DNA of 64,000 nucleotides. Source: Cytophagales bacterium (GTDB lineage Bacteria > Bacteroidota > Bacteroidia > Cytophagales > UBA9547). The translations under genes were made by a program, and so were the position numbers. Positions 1 to 8,186 of this stretch are shown here, piece after piece. Positions within the stretch are counted from its first letter, which is position 1, and each line of letters begins with the position of its first letter. The stretch is taken from assembly GCA_013297755.1 (NCBI GenBank), contig JAAFIH010000026.1, positions 281 to 64,280 of the forward strand, read 5' to 3'. The notes below the pieces were generated by a model. That model saw nothing but the letters and a program-made list of their open reading frames with translations, searched no databases and was not told where the DNA came from.

Positions 1-17
1 TTGGATTAGTAAAATAG
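1..17 (+). CDS. 3' terminus (cut by window edge) of a third copy of the small coiled-coil/C-terminal-TM protein family seen at 4828-5202 and 5323-5649
   Basis: Bases 3-17 read G-L-V-K-stop, matching the last codons of both downstream paralogs (ttggattagtaaaata). The same hairpin-repeat array follows. Confidence 0.5.
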
Positions 18-520
18 TTTTTTCAGCCAGAAGTTCCACTTTTCAAAAAAGTGGAACTTCTTTGTTTACAAGATACCATCGCTCCAGGCGATGGTATCTT
101 TATCATAAAATTCATGCGTTAGCAAAAGCCCCCTTCGGGGGTTTGGGGGCTTTCCCAGAAGTTCCACTTTTCAAAAAAGTGGAACTTCATTGTTTACAAA
201 GATACCATCAATCCAAGCGATGGTATCTTTATCATAAAAATCATGCGTTAGCAAAAGCCAACTTCGGGGGTTTGGGGGCTTTCTAGCTCTGGGGTTTTGG
301 GGCTTCTTTGTTTACAAAGATACCATCGCTCCAAGCGATGGTATCTTAATCATAAAATTCATGCGTTAGCAAAAGCCCCCTTCGGGGGTTTGGGGGCATC
401 TATCAAAAGCCCCCTTCGGGGTTCTGTGCATCGAACAGAAGTACTTTCAGGGGGCATTCTAGCTTGGGGTTTTGGGGGCTTTCCCAGAAGTTCCACTTTT
501 CAAAAAAGTGGAACTTCTAA
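18..520 (+). repeat. Modular hairpin-repeat array A (about 128-bp composite units)
   Basis: H1 is a perfect 15-bp-stem hairpin, agaagttccactttt-caa-aaaagtggaacttct, at 29-61, 157-189 and 486-518. H2 hairpin agataccatcgct-ccaa-agcgatggtatct is at 71-99, 200-228 and 318-346. cccc-ttcg-gggg hairpins occur (e.g. 130-141), and a ttctgt...acagaa hairpin lies near 422-440. Confidence 0.9.
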
Positions 521-725
521 AAAAAAAAAACAAAAAAAATATTATCTTTTTCAACTCTTTTTGTTTTTGTAAATTTTATCCCTAATATTACATCTAAATT
601 TAAACTAAAAAAACATAAATCTTCAACTTATGCAAAATTCAACATTCTCATCCATCCCAAAAAGCCCCCAAACCCTCGAAGGCAAAATTGCGACATCGCA
701 GCAATTTTTAAAACATCGAATTACC

Positions 726-887
726 CATGCGTCAGCCTCAAAAACAAAAAAAAGTCCTATCTCAAGTCCCTCTCCTTTTGGAGAGGGATTTAGGGTGGGT
801 TTTTTTCATGCGTCAGCCCCAAAAACTAAAAAAAGTCCTATCTCAAGTCCCTCTCCTTTTGGAGAGGGATTTAGGGTGAGGTCTTTT
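726..887 (+). repeat. Two tandem 81-bp repeats, each with a tccctctcc-tttt-ggagaggga hairpin, in the leader of the adhesin gene
   Basis: catgcgtcagc...agtcctatctcaagtccctctccttttggagagggatttagggtg occurs at 726-806 and again at 807-887. The first hairpin is at 767-788. Confidence 0.85.
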
Positions 888-929
888 TCTACACCATCAA
901 ACCTCTTTTCAACTTCTAAAAACAAAAAC

Positions 930-3900
930 ATGAAACATTCATTCTCCATTCTCCATTCTGCAATCTCAATTATTTTCCTCCTCCTTACCCACCTCACCCA
1001 TGCCCAACGCACCTTTGCCCCTCAAGTTACCTACGCTACAGGTACTAATCCTCGCAGCGTAGCCATAGGCGACCTTACAGGCGATGGCAGAGCAGATTTA
1101 GCAGTTGTGAATCGGTCTAGCAATACCGTAAGTGTATATACCAACACTGGCAGCGGCAGCTTTGCCCCACAGGTAACCTACGCCACAGGTTCTTTTCCAC
1201 GCAGCGTAGCGATAGGCGACCTAAATGGCGATGGCAGGGCCGATTTGGCAGTAGCGAATAGTAGTAGCAATACCGTAAGTGTATTGACCAACACAGGCAG
1301 CGGCAGCTTTGCCCCCCAAGTAACCTACGCCACAGGTTCTAATCCGTACAGCGTAGCGATAGGCGACCTTACAGGCGATGGCAGAGCAGATTTGGCAGTA
1401 GCTAATTATGGTAGCAATACTGTAAGTGTTTTGACCAACACAGGCAGCGGCAGCTTTGCCCCCCAAGTAACCTACGCCACAGGTTCTAGTCCATACAGCG
1501 TTTCGATAGGAAATCTAAATAACGATAGTTATTTGGATTTAGCAGTAGCTAATTTTAGTAGCAATACAGTAAGTATATTAACAGGTACTGGCACAGGTAG
1601 CTTTGGCACAAGGGTGGATTATGCTACTGGTATTAATCCTCGCAGCGTAACATTTGGCGATTTAAATAACGATAGTCATCTAGATTTATGCATATCATCA
1701 GGGACAAGTAGTCAAATTAATTTAGTATCAGTTTTAACAAATACAGGTGGTGGAATATTCAATAGTAAAATTGATTACATTACAGATTATGACCAAGAAA
1801 ATGTAGCAATTGGTGATATAAATAACGATAACAAACTTGATTTGATTGTAGCAGCAACTCCATTTAATAATGCAGTTCAATCTACTGCTGTAATTGGTCT
1901 AATTAATGATGGTTTTGGTCAATTCACAATAAATAAATTTCCTTACTTAAATACTGGGCCAAGAAGTGTATTTATTGGCGACTTGAACAGCGACAATAAA
2001 GCTGATCTAATTACAGCGAATCAAGGTAGCAATACTATAAGTGTATTGTTGGCACAAGATTTGCAGTTTATTGGTGGGTTTTCAGTTGCAAACCAAGTAT
2101 ATGGCAATACATTTGCTTTTAATGCAACAGCTACTAGTGGCTTGCCGGTGAGCTACAGCAGTTCAAATCCTAGTATTATAAATATAGTAGGCTCTGCTGC
2201 TACTGCTACAGGTGTGGGAGTAGTTACAGTTACCGCTTTTCAAAGTGGCAATGGTAGCTTTTTGGGTGTAACTACTACTGGCGTGCTTACTGTAACCAAA
2301 GCCAACCTTGCAGTACAAGGCAATAATGCCACCAAAGTGTATGGCTCTCCAAATCCAGCTTTTACCAGTTCTGTTTCTGGTTTGGTGTTGGGCAATACTG
2401 TAAATATAACTTACAGCACCACCGCTACACCTAGTAGCAATGTGGGCAATTATCCTATCAATATAAGTTTAACAGGGGCAGCCTTGGCAAATTATAATCT
2501 CTCCATTGTTAATTCTCAACTCTCCATTACTCCTGCCAATCAAAGTGTCACTTTATCACCCATTTCCAATATCACTCTTATAGGTTTACCAGTAGTTATT
2601 ACAGTATCAGGTAGTGCAAGTTCTGGTTTGCCAGTGTCGCTTTCTTCAAGTCCTGCTTTGGCTATCAATGGTTTAGTGCTTACTGTTACCAGTGCAGGTA
2701 TCTATACCATTACGGGTACACAAGCTGGAAATGGCAATTACTATGCTGCTAATCCAGTAAGTGTAATTTTTCAAGCTATCGTACTTCCTACAATTAGTGG
2801 CAACAACTATGGCATAGGCAATACCAATCCTGTAGAGGCTTGTACCGCCAATAAATTTACATATTCTATTATTGCATCCAATACTGTGCCAAGTGGTATT
2901 ATTGGCTACGAAATTCGTATCCCTTATAATCCTATACTCGTTCAGCCTACTGGTATAAACACATTTGGTGAGGTACTTACTAATACAGGGGCTCCTTTGC
3001 GTATTTTTACAACCGTTACAACTATTTCTGGTCAGGTTTTCTATGTTGTCAATCTGTTTGCAAATTTCACATTTACAGGTGTTATAGCATCAGGTGTTGG
3101 TACTATCCTAAATGTTGAGTTTGCACTTCAGTCTGCTATAAGTCCACAAGTATTGAGTTTGACTGGAGTTATTTCAGAATCGACCATTTTAACAAGCACA
3201 AACCTAACTAGTCTAACACCAAATGTGCTTAATATTATTCCAAATGACATAAATAAAGTGAGAGGTACTTTATTGGGATATAGCCTAAACAATAAGCCAA
3301 TACAAAGTTTGGGAGCATCAAAAACAGTGTTGTTTGGTGCATTAGGTTCTGTTTTGGGTAGTTCGTTACAAACATTGTCTGGTAATACATTTTCTGTTAG
3401 TCTTCCTGTGGGTTCTGATGGAATTGGTATAGTTCGTAATTTTGATGATGGGGCAATTGTAAATCCTGTCATCAACAGCAACGATGCATTAATAACGCAA
3501 CGCATAGTAAACGGTATGCCACCATTTAATGTAACATCTCCAACAATATTGCAATTAATAGCCGCTGATGTTAATTCTGATGGCAGAGTACAGTTATCAG
3601 ATTGGATATTGATTCAACAGCGTGCTATAAATACGATTGGTACATTTCCAAACTCACCTGATTGGAAATTTATAGAAACCACTCGTTTAATAACATTTAC
3701 AGGACAAAATAATTTTAATTTTCCTTTAGCAAATGCTATTGTTTCAGTATCGCAAGTAAATAATGCCAATGGATGTAGTGATTTTGGAGATAGGGCAGTA
3801 ACAGGTGTTTTGGTAGGGGATGTTGATGGAAATTGGAATACAGCTACTCATAGTAATACCTTTAGAACAGAAGGCGAAACAGAAGTGGTATATAAATTTA

Positions 3901-4499
3901 CAGAATCTGTTGTCGATGATTCTGCAAACGAAGTAAAAGTGCCAGTTTATGTTGCCTATTCAGAAGCACTAAGTGCAATTGATGTTGATTTAGACTATGA
4001 CGAAACTAATTTTGAGATAAAAAATGTAGAATTACCTCAATCACAAAGTCCTAGCAATTGTTCGATGCAGTACAATGATTTTCAAAATAAACGACTATTG
4101 ATTTCAAGTCTTTCATTTGAATCTTTTGATATATCAAATCCTGTACTTTACATTACATTCAAAGGAAAAACAACATTTACAGGAGCTGACTTCAAAGAAG
4201 TAAATTCATATCTAGCAGGTAATAAGGTTAGTTCTCGTTTAGAACTTGCTTCACAAACGAATGCTATTAAAATAGATTCAAATCCATCGAAGCCACTTTC
4301 TGTTTTGCCAAATCCAAACAAGGGAAGTTTTGTTATTTTCACTTCCTCAAACAAAAGCCTAATAGAAATTTATAATTCAATAGGTATGCTTGTTAAAAGT
4401 ATCATATCGCCAAATGATAAAGAAAATGTATCTGAATTGCCTTCAGGAATGTATTTAATAAAAGTTGGCAAAGAGACCATAAAAGTTATTGTAGAGTAG
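930..4499 (+). CDS. Giant secreted T9SS cargo/adhesin: FG-GAP/VCBS repeats, MBG-like, cohesin-like and dockerin-like segments, Por C-terminal sorting domain
   Basis: The ORF spans 630-4499, but its first 100 codons only translate the 81-bp repeats. ATG 930 gives a signal peptide, MKHSFSILHSAISIIFLLLTHLTHAQ. Also seen: repeated VAIGDLxGDGRADLAVxN FG-GAP motifs, KVYGSPNPAFT (MBG-like), DVNSDGRVQLSDW (dockerin-like), and a C-terminus LSVLPNPNKGSF...GMYLIKV...IKVIVE typical of T9SS CTDs. Confidence 0.85.
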   Translation: MKHSFSILHSAISIIFLLLTHLTHAQRTFAPQVTYATGTNPRSVAIGDLTGDGRADLAVVNRSSNTVSVYTNTGSGSFAPQVTYATGSFPRSVAIGDLNGDGRADLAVANSSSNTVSVLTNTGSGSFAPQVTYATGSNPYSVAIGDLTGDGRADLAVANYGSNTVSVLTNTGSGSFAPQVTYATGSSPYSVSIGNLNNDSYLDLAVANFSSNTVSILTGTGTGSFGTRVDYATGINPRSVTFGDLNNDSHLDLCISSGTSSQINLVSVLTNTGGGIFNSKIDYITDYDQENVAIGDINNDNKLDLIVAATPFNNAVQSTAVIGLINDGFGQFTINKFPYLNTGPRSVFIGDLNSDNKADLITANQGSNTISVLLAQDLQFIGGFSVANQVYGNTFAFNATATSGLPVSYSSSNPSIINIVGSAATATGVGVVTVTAFQSGNGSFLGVTTTGVLTVTKANLAVQGNNATKVYGSPNPAFTSSVSGLVLGNTVNITYSTTATPSSNVGNYPINISLTGAALANYNLSIVNSQLSITPANQSVTLSPISNITLIGLPVVITVSGSASSGLPVSLSSSPALAINGLVLTVTSAGIYTITGTQAGNGNYYAANPVSVIFQAIVLPTISGNNYGIGNTNPVEACTANKFTYSIIASNTVPSGIIGYEIRIPYNPILVQPTGINTFGEVLTNTGAPLRIFTTVTTISGQVFYVVNLFANFTFTGVIASGVGTILNVEFALQSAISPQVLSLTGVISESTILTSTNLTSLTPNVLNIIPNDINKVRGTLLGYSLNNKPIQSLGASKTVLFGALGSVLGSSLQTLSGNTFSVSLPVGSDGIGIVRNFDDGAIVNPVINSNDALITQRIVNGMPPFNVTSPTILQLIAADVNSDGRVQLSDWILIQQRAINTIGTFPNSPDWKFIETTRLITFTGQNNFNFPLANAIVSVSQVNNANGCSDFGDRAVTGVLVGDVDGNWNTATHSNTFRTEGETEVVYKFTESVVDDSANEVKVPVYVAYSEALSAIDVDLDYDETNFEIKNVELPQSQSPSNCSMQYNDFQNKRLLISSLSFESFDISNPVLYITFKGKTTFTGADFKEVNSYLAGNKVSSRLELASQTNAIKIDSNPSKPLSVLPNPNKGSFVIFTSSNKSLIEIYNSIGMLVKSIISPNDKENVSELPSGMYLIKVGKETIKVIVE
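1014..1601 (+). repeat. Intragenic tandem 147-bp (49-aa) FG-GAP repeat units, the first three nearly identical at DNA level
   Basis: FAPQVTYATGxxPRSVAIGDLxGDGRADLAVxNxSSNTVSVxTNTGSGS repeats with period 147 nt from 1014. The spurious antisense ORF 1221-1466 mirrors the periodicity. Confidence 0.85.
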
Positions 4500-4525
4500 G
4501 AACACGCCTTTTGGCGAGTTCTTTT

Positions 4526-4561
4526 AGCGATGGCATCCCTTTTTTTAGGGATGCCATCGCT
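4526..4561 (+). terminator. 15-bp-stem hairpin just after the adhesin stop codon
   Basis: agcgatggcatccct-tttttt-agggatgccatcgct. The arm sequence is related to the H2 module. Confidence 0.6.
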
Positions 4562-4565
4562 GTAT

Positions 4566-4740
4566 ACAGAAGTTCCACTATTCAAAAAAGTGGAACTTCT
4601 TTGTTTACAAAGATACCATCGCTCCAAGTGATGGTATCTTTATCATAAAATTCATGCGTTAGCAAAAGCCCCCTTCTGGGTTCTGTGCATCGAACAGAAG
4701 TACTTTCAGGGGGCATTCTAGCTCGGGGGTTTGGGGGCTT
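4566..4740 (+). repeat. Modular hairpin-repeat array B (one composite unit plus ttctgt/acagaa module)
   Basis: H1 variant at 4568-4600 and H2 at 4611-4639. These are followed by catgcgttagcaaaagccccc..., gttctgtgcatcgaacagaagtactttcagggggc and gggggtttgggggc. Confidence 0.9.
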
Positions 4741-4827
4741 ACTTGGTAAGTTTATATTCTCAAAAAATAAATTTTAATTCTTTTTTATTTCTATTTCTTT
4801 TTTTAATTTTGAAGCTAAAATACGGAA

Positions 4828-5202
4828 ATGGCACAAAGCATCACTTTAGAAACTTATATTTCTCTTGAAAAAGAATTTGGCAAAGCAATTGCAGAGAAAG
4901 TAAGCAAATTGATAGATTTTTCTTTTGCCCAAGCCGACAAAAAAGTTGAAGATATAGCTACTCAAAAAAAGCTCCAAATCAAAGATGAATTGAGCAAAGA
5001 ATTGGCCTCAAAGGGGGATTTGGCTGTTTTGGAATCAAAATTATTGTTAGAAATAGAATTAGTTAATAGCAAAATTGAAAAAGTAGAATCTAAACTTGAC
5101 AAAAAAATGACAATTTATTTTCTGGTTTTACTTTCTGTGATGATACTCCTCAACAAAGATTCGCTTACTTTTATAGCTCAATTGATTGGATTAGTAAAAT
5201 AG
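4828..5202 (+). CDS. Small coiled-coil protein with C-terminal TM helix (DUF1640-like architecture), paralog 1
   Basis: 124-aa ORF with heptad-like KDELSKELASKGDLAVLESKL...KIEKVESKLDKK followed by the hydrophobic IYFLVLLSVMILL. The 3' ~60 nt are nearly identical to 5590-5649. Confidence 0.65.
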   Translation: MAQSITLETYISLEKEFGKAIAEKVSKLIDFSFAQADKKVEDIATQKKLQIKDELSKELASKGDLAVLESKLLLEIELVNSKIEKVESKLDKKMTIYFLVLLSVMILLNKDSLTFIAQLIGLVK

Positions 5203-5322
5203 TTTTTACAAATTAGATTTTCAAAGTTTCAAAAACTTGGAAAGTCTAAATACAAAAAAAAATCGTATCTAAAATGCAAATTTAGATTAATATCATTTAT
5301 TTTGTCATAATAATATACAAAT

Positions 5323-5649
5323 ATGGCACAAACGAATCAATTACCATATTTCATTAGAGAAGAAATTTTTAAAGATTTGCCAAAAGAAAAGGCATCCCAT
5401 TTATCCGATTTAATTGAAAAATCTATTGACACCGTATTTTCTAGTGCAAAAGATATTGCTATTCAAAAAAAATTAGAAATTAAAGATGAATTAGGCAAAG
5501 AACTAGCTTCAAAATCTGATTTGGCATTGGTAAAATCAGAACTAAAATCTGAAATAAGACTTTATTTTGTGATTCTTCTTTCTGTGATGATTATCCTCAA
5601 CAAAGATTCGATTTCTTTTATAGCTCAATTGATTGGATTAGTAAAATAA
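5323..5649 (+). CDS. Small coiled-coil protein with C-terminal TM helix, paralog 2
   Basis: 108-aa ORF sharing IAxQKKLxIKDELxKELASKxDLA...LLSVMIxLNKDSxxFIAQLIGLVK with 4828-5202. Confidence 0.65.
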   Translation: MAQTNQLPYFIREEIFKDLPKEKASHLSDLIEKSIDTVFSSAKDIAIQKKLEIKDELGKELASKSDLALVKSELKSEIRLYFVILLSVMIILNKDSISFIAQLIGLVK

Positions 5650-5654
5650 TTTTA

Positions 5655-6105
5655 TAGTCAGAAGTTCCACTTTTCAAAAAAGTGGAACTTCTTTGTTTGC
5701 AAAGATACCATCGCTCCAAGCGATGGTATCTTTATCATAAAATTCATGCGTTAGCAAAAGCCCCCTTCGGGGGTTTGGGGGCTTTCTAGCTCTGGGGTTT
5801 TGGGGCTTCTTTGTTTACAAAGATACCATCGCTCCAAGCGATGGTATCTTAATCATAAAATTCATGCGTTAGCAAAAGCCCCCTTCGGGGGTTTGGGGGC
5901 TTTCTAGCTCTGGGGTTTGGGGGCTTTCCCAGAAGTTCCACTTTTCAAAAAAGTGGAACTTCTTTGTTTGCAAAGATACCATCGCTCCAAGCGATGGTGT
6001 ATCTTTATCATAAAATTCATGCGTTAGCAAAAGCCCCCTTCGGGGTTCTGTGCATCGAACAGAAGTACTTTCAGGGGGCTTTCTAGCTCGGGGGTTTGGG
6101 GGCAT
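5655..6105 (+). repeat. Modular hairpin-repeat array C
   Basis: H1 at 5660-5692 and 5931-5963. H2 at 5703-5731, 5821-5849 and 5974-6004 (the last with a 2-nt insertion). Several cccc-ttcg-gggg and gggtttggggg modules are present. Orientation matches arrays A and B. Confidence 0.9.
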
Positions 6106-6239
6106 AATAAAAAATAATCCAAGCGATCTTATCTTTAGTTTTCAACCTCGCTTTCTAATCTTCAATTATTTATCAATTTTTATTTACAATTCATTTTTTT
6201 ATATTTGCAAATATTAATTTTCAAATCATTTTATAAATC

Positions 6240-6473
6240 ATGGAATTACCTAAGTTTTTGGTCTGCGACAATACTGATTATCCAGATGATATTTTTATTT
6301 TACATATAGATTTTCCACGTTTTATCATCAATCTAAAAGACGATGAGGTAGAATTACTTGAATCTACCGAGGAGCTATCACAAGAAGAATTGGATAACAA
6401 AATGACCGAATTGATAGATATGGCCAATGATTTTTATGATCGTGAATCAGAAAGATACGAGGCTGAAGATTAG
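6240..6473 (+). CDS. Small acidic hypothetical protein
   Basis: 77-aa ORF, D/E-rich, immediately upstream of coaD on the same strand. No recognisable motif. Confidence 0.45.
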   Translation: MELPKFLVCDNTDYPDDIFILHIDFPRFIINLKDDEVELLESTEELSQEELDNKMTELIDMANDFYDRESERYEAED

Positions 6474-6497
6474 TTTTTTGAATTATTTTTCTTTGAT

Positions 6498-6953
6498 ATG
6501 AAAAAAATAGCCCTATTTCCTGGTAGTTTCGACCCCTTTACCAATGGTCATTATGATATTGTAAATCGAGGATTGCTTATTTTTGACCAAATTATAATAG
6601 CCATTGGCCACAATACTACCAAAAAACGCTATTTTGAGGTTGCTAAAATAGCATCTGAATTAAAAAAAGTTTTCGCTCACAAACCTCAAATTTCGGTAAC
6701 TACTTACGAAGAACTGACTACTGATGTGGCCAAAAAACATAATGCTACTTTTTTATTAAGAGGATTGAGAAATAGCACTGATTTTGAGTACGAAAAAAGC
6801 ATTGATCAAATCAACAAAGATTTATATCCAGAACTAGAAACTGTTTTTTTGATGACAAAACCCGAAAATATGGCCATCAGCTCAACTATAGTACGTGAAT
6901 TACATAAATTTGGTGCAGATATTACTAAATATGTACCAATCTCGTTTACTTAA
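6498..6953 (+). CDS. coaD: Phosphopantetheine adenylyltransferase
   Basis: N-terminal FPGSFDPFTNGHYDIV (GSFDPxTxGH nucleotidyltransferase motif), 151 aa, and ISSTIVRE near the C-terminus. Confidence 0.9.
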   Translation: MKKIALFPGSFDPFTNGHYDIVNRGLLIFDQIIIAIGHNTTKKRYFEVAKIASELKKVFAHKPQISVTTYEELTTDVAKKHNATFLLRGLRNSTDFEYEKSIDQINKDLYPELETVFLMTKPENMAISSTIVRELHKFGADITKYVPISFT

Positions 6954-7045
6954 AAATCATATAAACTTTCTCTTTTGGAGAAAGACTAAGATAGAGGCAA
7001 TAAAAAATGCTGAAGTAAACGACATTGAAATATGTGCCTATAAAT

Positions 7046-8122
7046 CTATAAAAGTTCTAAAATATCTTGTTTTTTGGGTACTGCATTGTGGCTCCATTTG
7101 CCAAGCACAGTTCCATTTTTGAGTAATATAATCCCAGGAATTGATCTAATCATAGTTTTGATAACTACACCATCGGCATAGTAATAAGGTATAGCCAAAT
7201 TGTGATTGTGTCTAAAGTCTTCAAAACTTTGGCGGTCGCTTGATGTTATGGCCACAACTTCGATATCTGAATTGGCCAATGATTTGATCAATTCATTGAT
7301 TTGAGCTATATGCGATGTATTGGCTTTTAGGGTATTAAGAATAACGATAAAAAGTTTTTTACCTTCAAAACTTTTTTGAGTATAATCTCCATCATCGTTC
7401 CAAAGGCTAAAATCAGTAATTTTTGGTGATGCACACTCAGGATTGGTCAGTTTCATTTCTTTAAATTGATATGTACTATCGCTTGGATATTGAGCAAAAA
7501 CTTCGTCTTTGCCATTTTTCGACATAATATATTGATAGATAGGTGCACAAGCTGGTTTCATCAAAGTAGGTATATTATTGCCCACTTTATAGGCTCTAAA
7601 ATCCCATACGTTGAGGTAGGCTATGCAATATAAAGCAAAGGCAAAAGATAAAAATGTGAAAGTTCCTACCAAAATATCGCCTTTGCTATTATCAAAACCA
7701 GCAGAAAGTTGATTTCTATAAAAAAATAAAGGCAATATAAATACCAATAATACTATGTCTTTGGTAAAAGAAGTCCATGGTTTGAGTTTTAGAAAATCAC
7801 CAAAACAACCACAATCGGTAACTTTGTTGAAAAATGCAGAGTAAAATGTAAGAAAAGTAAAAAATAAAATAAGTAATAAAAGTAAAGTTGTAGTCCATTT
7901 CATTCTGTAATAAAATAGTAAAGCAAAACCCAGAGCCACCTCGGCCACACACATTAGAATAGATAAATATAGTGCAGTTGGCACCATAAAGTGAGTACCA
8001 AAAACTTCAAAATACTCTTCTAGCTTGATTTGTGTACCAACAGGATCGTTCAATTTAATGATACCAGAAAATATAAAAAGACACCCAACAAAAATACGGC
8101 AAAAGGTTAGAAATAATTTCAT
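7046..8122 (-). CDS. DoxX/MauE-like membrane domain fused to a thioredoxin-like (TlpA-type) domain
   Basis: Four N-terminal TM helices with a TDCGCFGDF motif. The C-terminal ~150 aa resemble a redoxin fold (KKLFIVILNT...VVAITS) but have no CxxC. Confidence 0.7.
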   Translation of the reverse strand: MKLFLTFCRIFVGCLFIFSGIIKLNDPVGTQIKLEEYFEVFGTHFMVPTALYLSILMCVAEVALGFALLFYYRMKWTTTLLLLLILFFTFLTFYSAFFNKVTDCGCFGDFLKLKPWTSFTKDIVLLVFILPLFFYRNQLSAGFDNSKGDILVGTFTFLSFAFALYCIAYLNVWDFRAYKVGNNIPTLMKPACAPIYQYIMSKNGKDEVFAQYPSDSTYQFKEMKLTNPECASPKITDFSLWNDDGDYTQKSFEGKKLFIVILNTLKANTSHIAQINELIKSLANSDIEVVAITSSDRQSFEDFRHNHNLAIPYYYADGVVIKTMIRSIPGIILLKNGTVLGKWSHNAVPKKQDILELL

Positions 8123-8186
8123 TTTAGAGCTAGTGATTTTATTTTTTGTTGCAAATATATGTATTAAATTTTCAAAAAAAGCAATA

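Noticed and set aside
62-572. ORFs 62-286 and 297-572 (also 5869-6105 minus and 4370-4627 minus) as protein-coding genes
   Set aside because: Their translations (…RYHRSKRWYLYHKIHALAKAPFGGLGAF… repeated) are simply read-through of the palindromic repeat modules. They have no start context and no independent coding signal.
630-929. ATG 630 as the adhesin start
   Set aside because: The first 100 codons translate the duplicated 81-bp hairpin repeat (SPISSPSPFGEGFRV twice). A textbook signal peptide begins at ATG 930.
18-6105. Possibility that the repeat arrays are CRISPR arrays
   Set aside because: The repeated units abut one another or share conserved linkers, with no unique spacers of regular length. 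Several different modules alternate, and no cas genes are present in the window.
6895-7122. ORF 6895-7122 (+) and ORF 37762-37983 (+)
   Set aside because: Each overlaps the end or start of a strongly supported gene (the coaD/DoxX-like pair; the TonB-dependent receptor signal peptide) in another frame, with implausible sequence.
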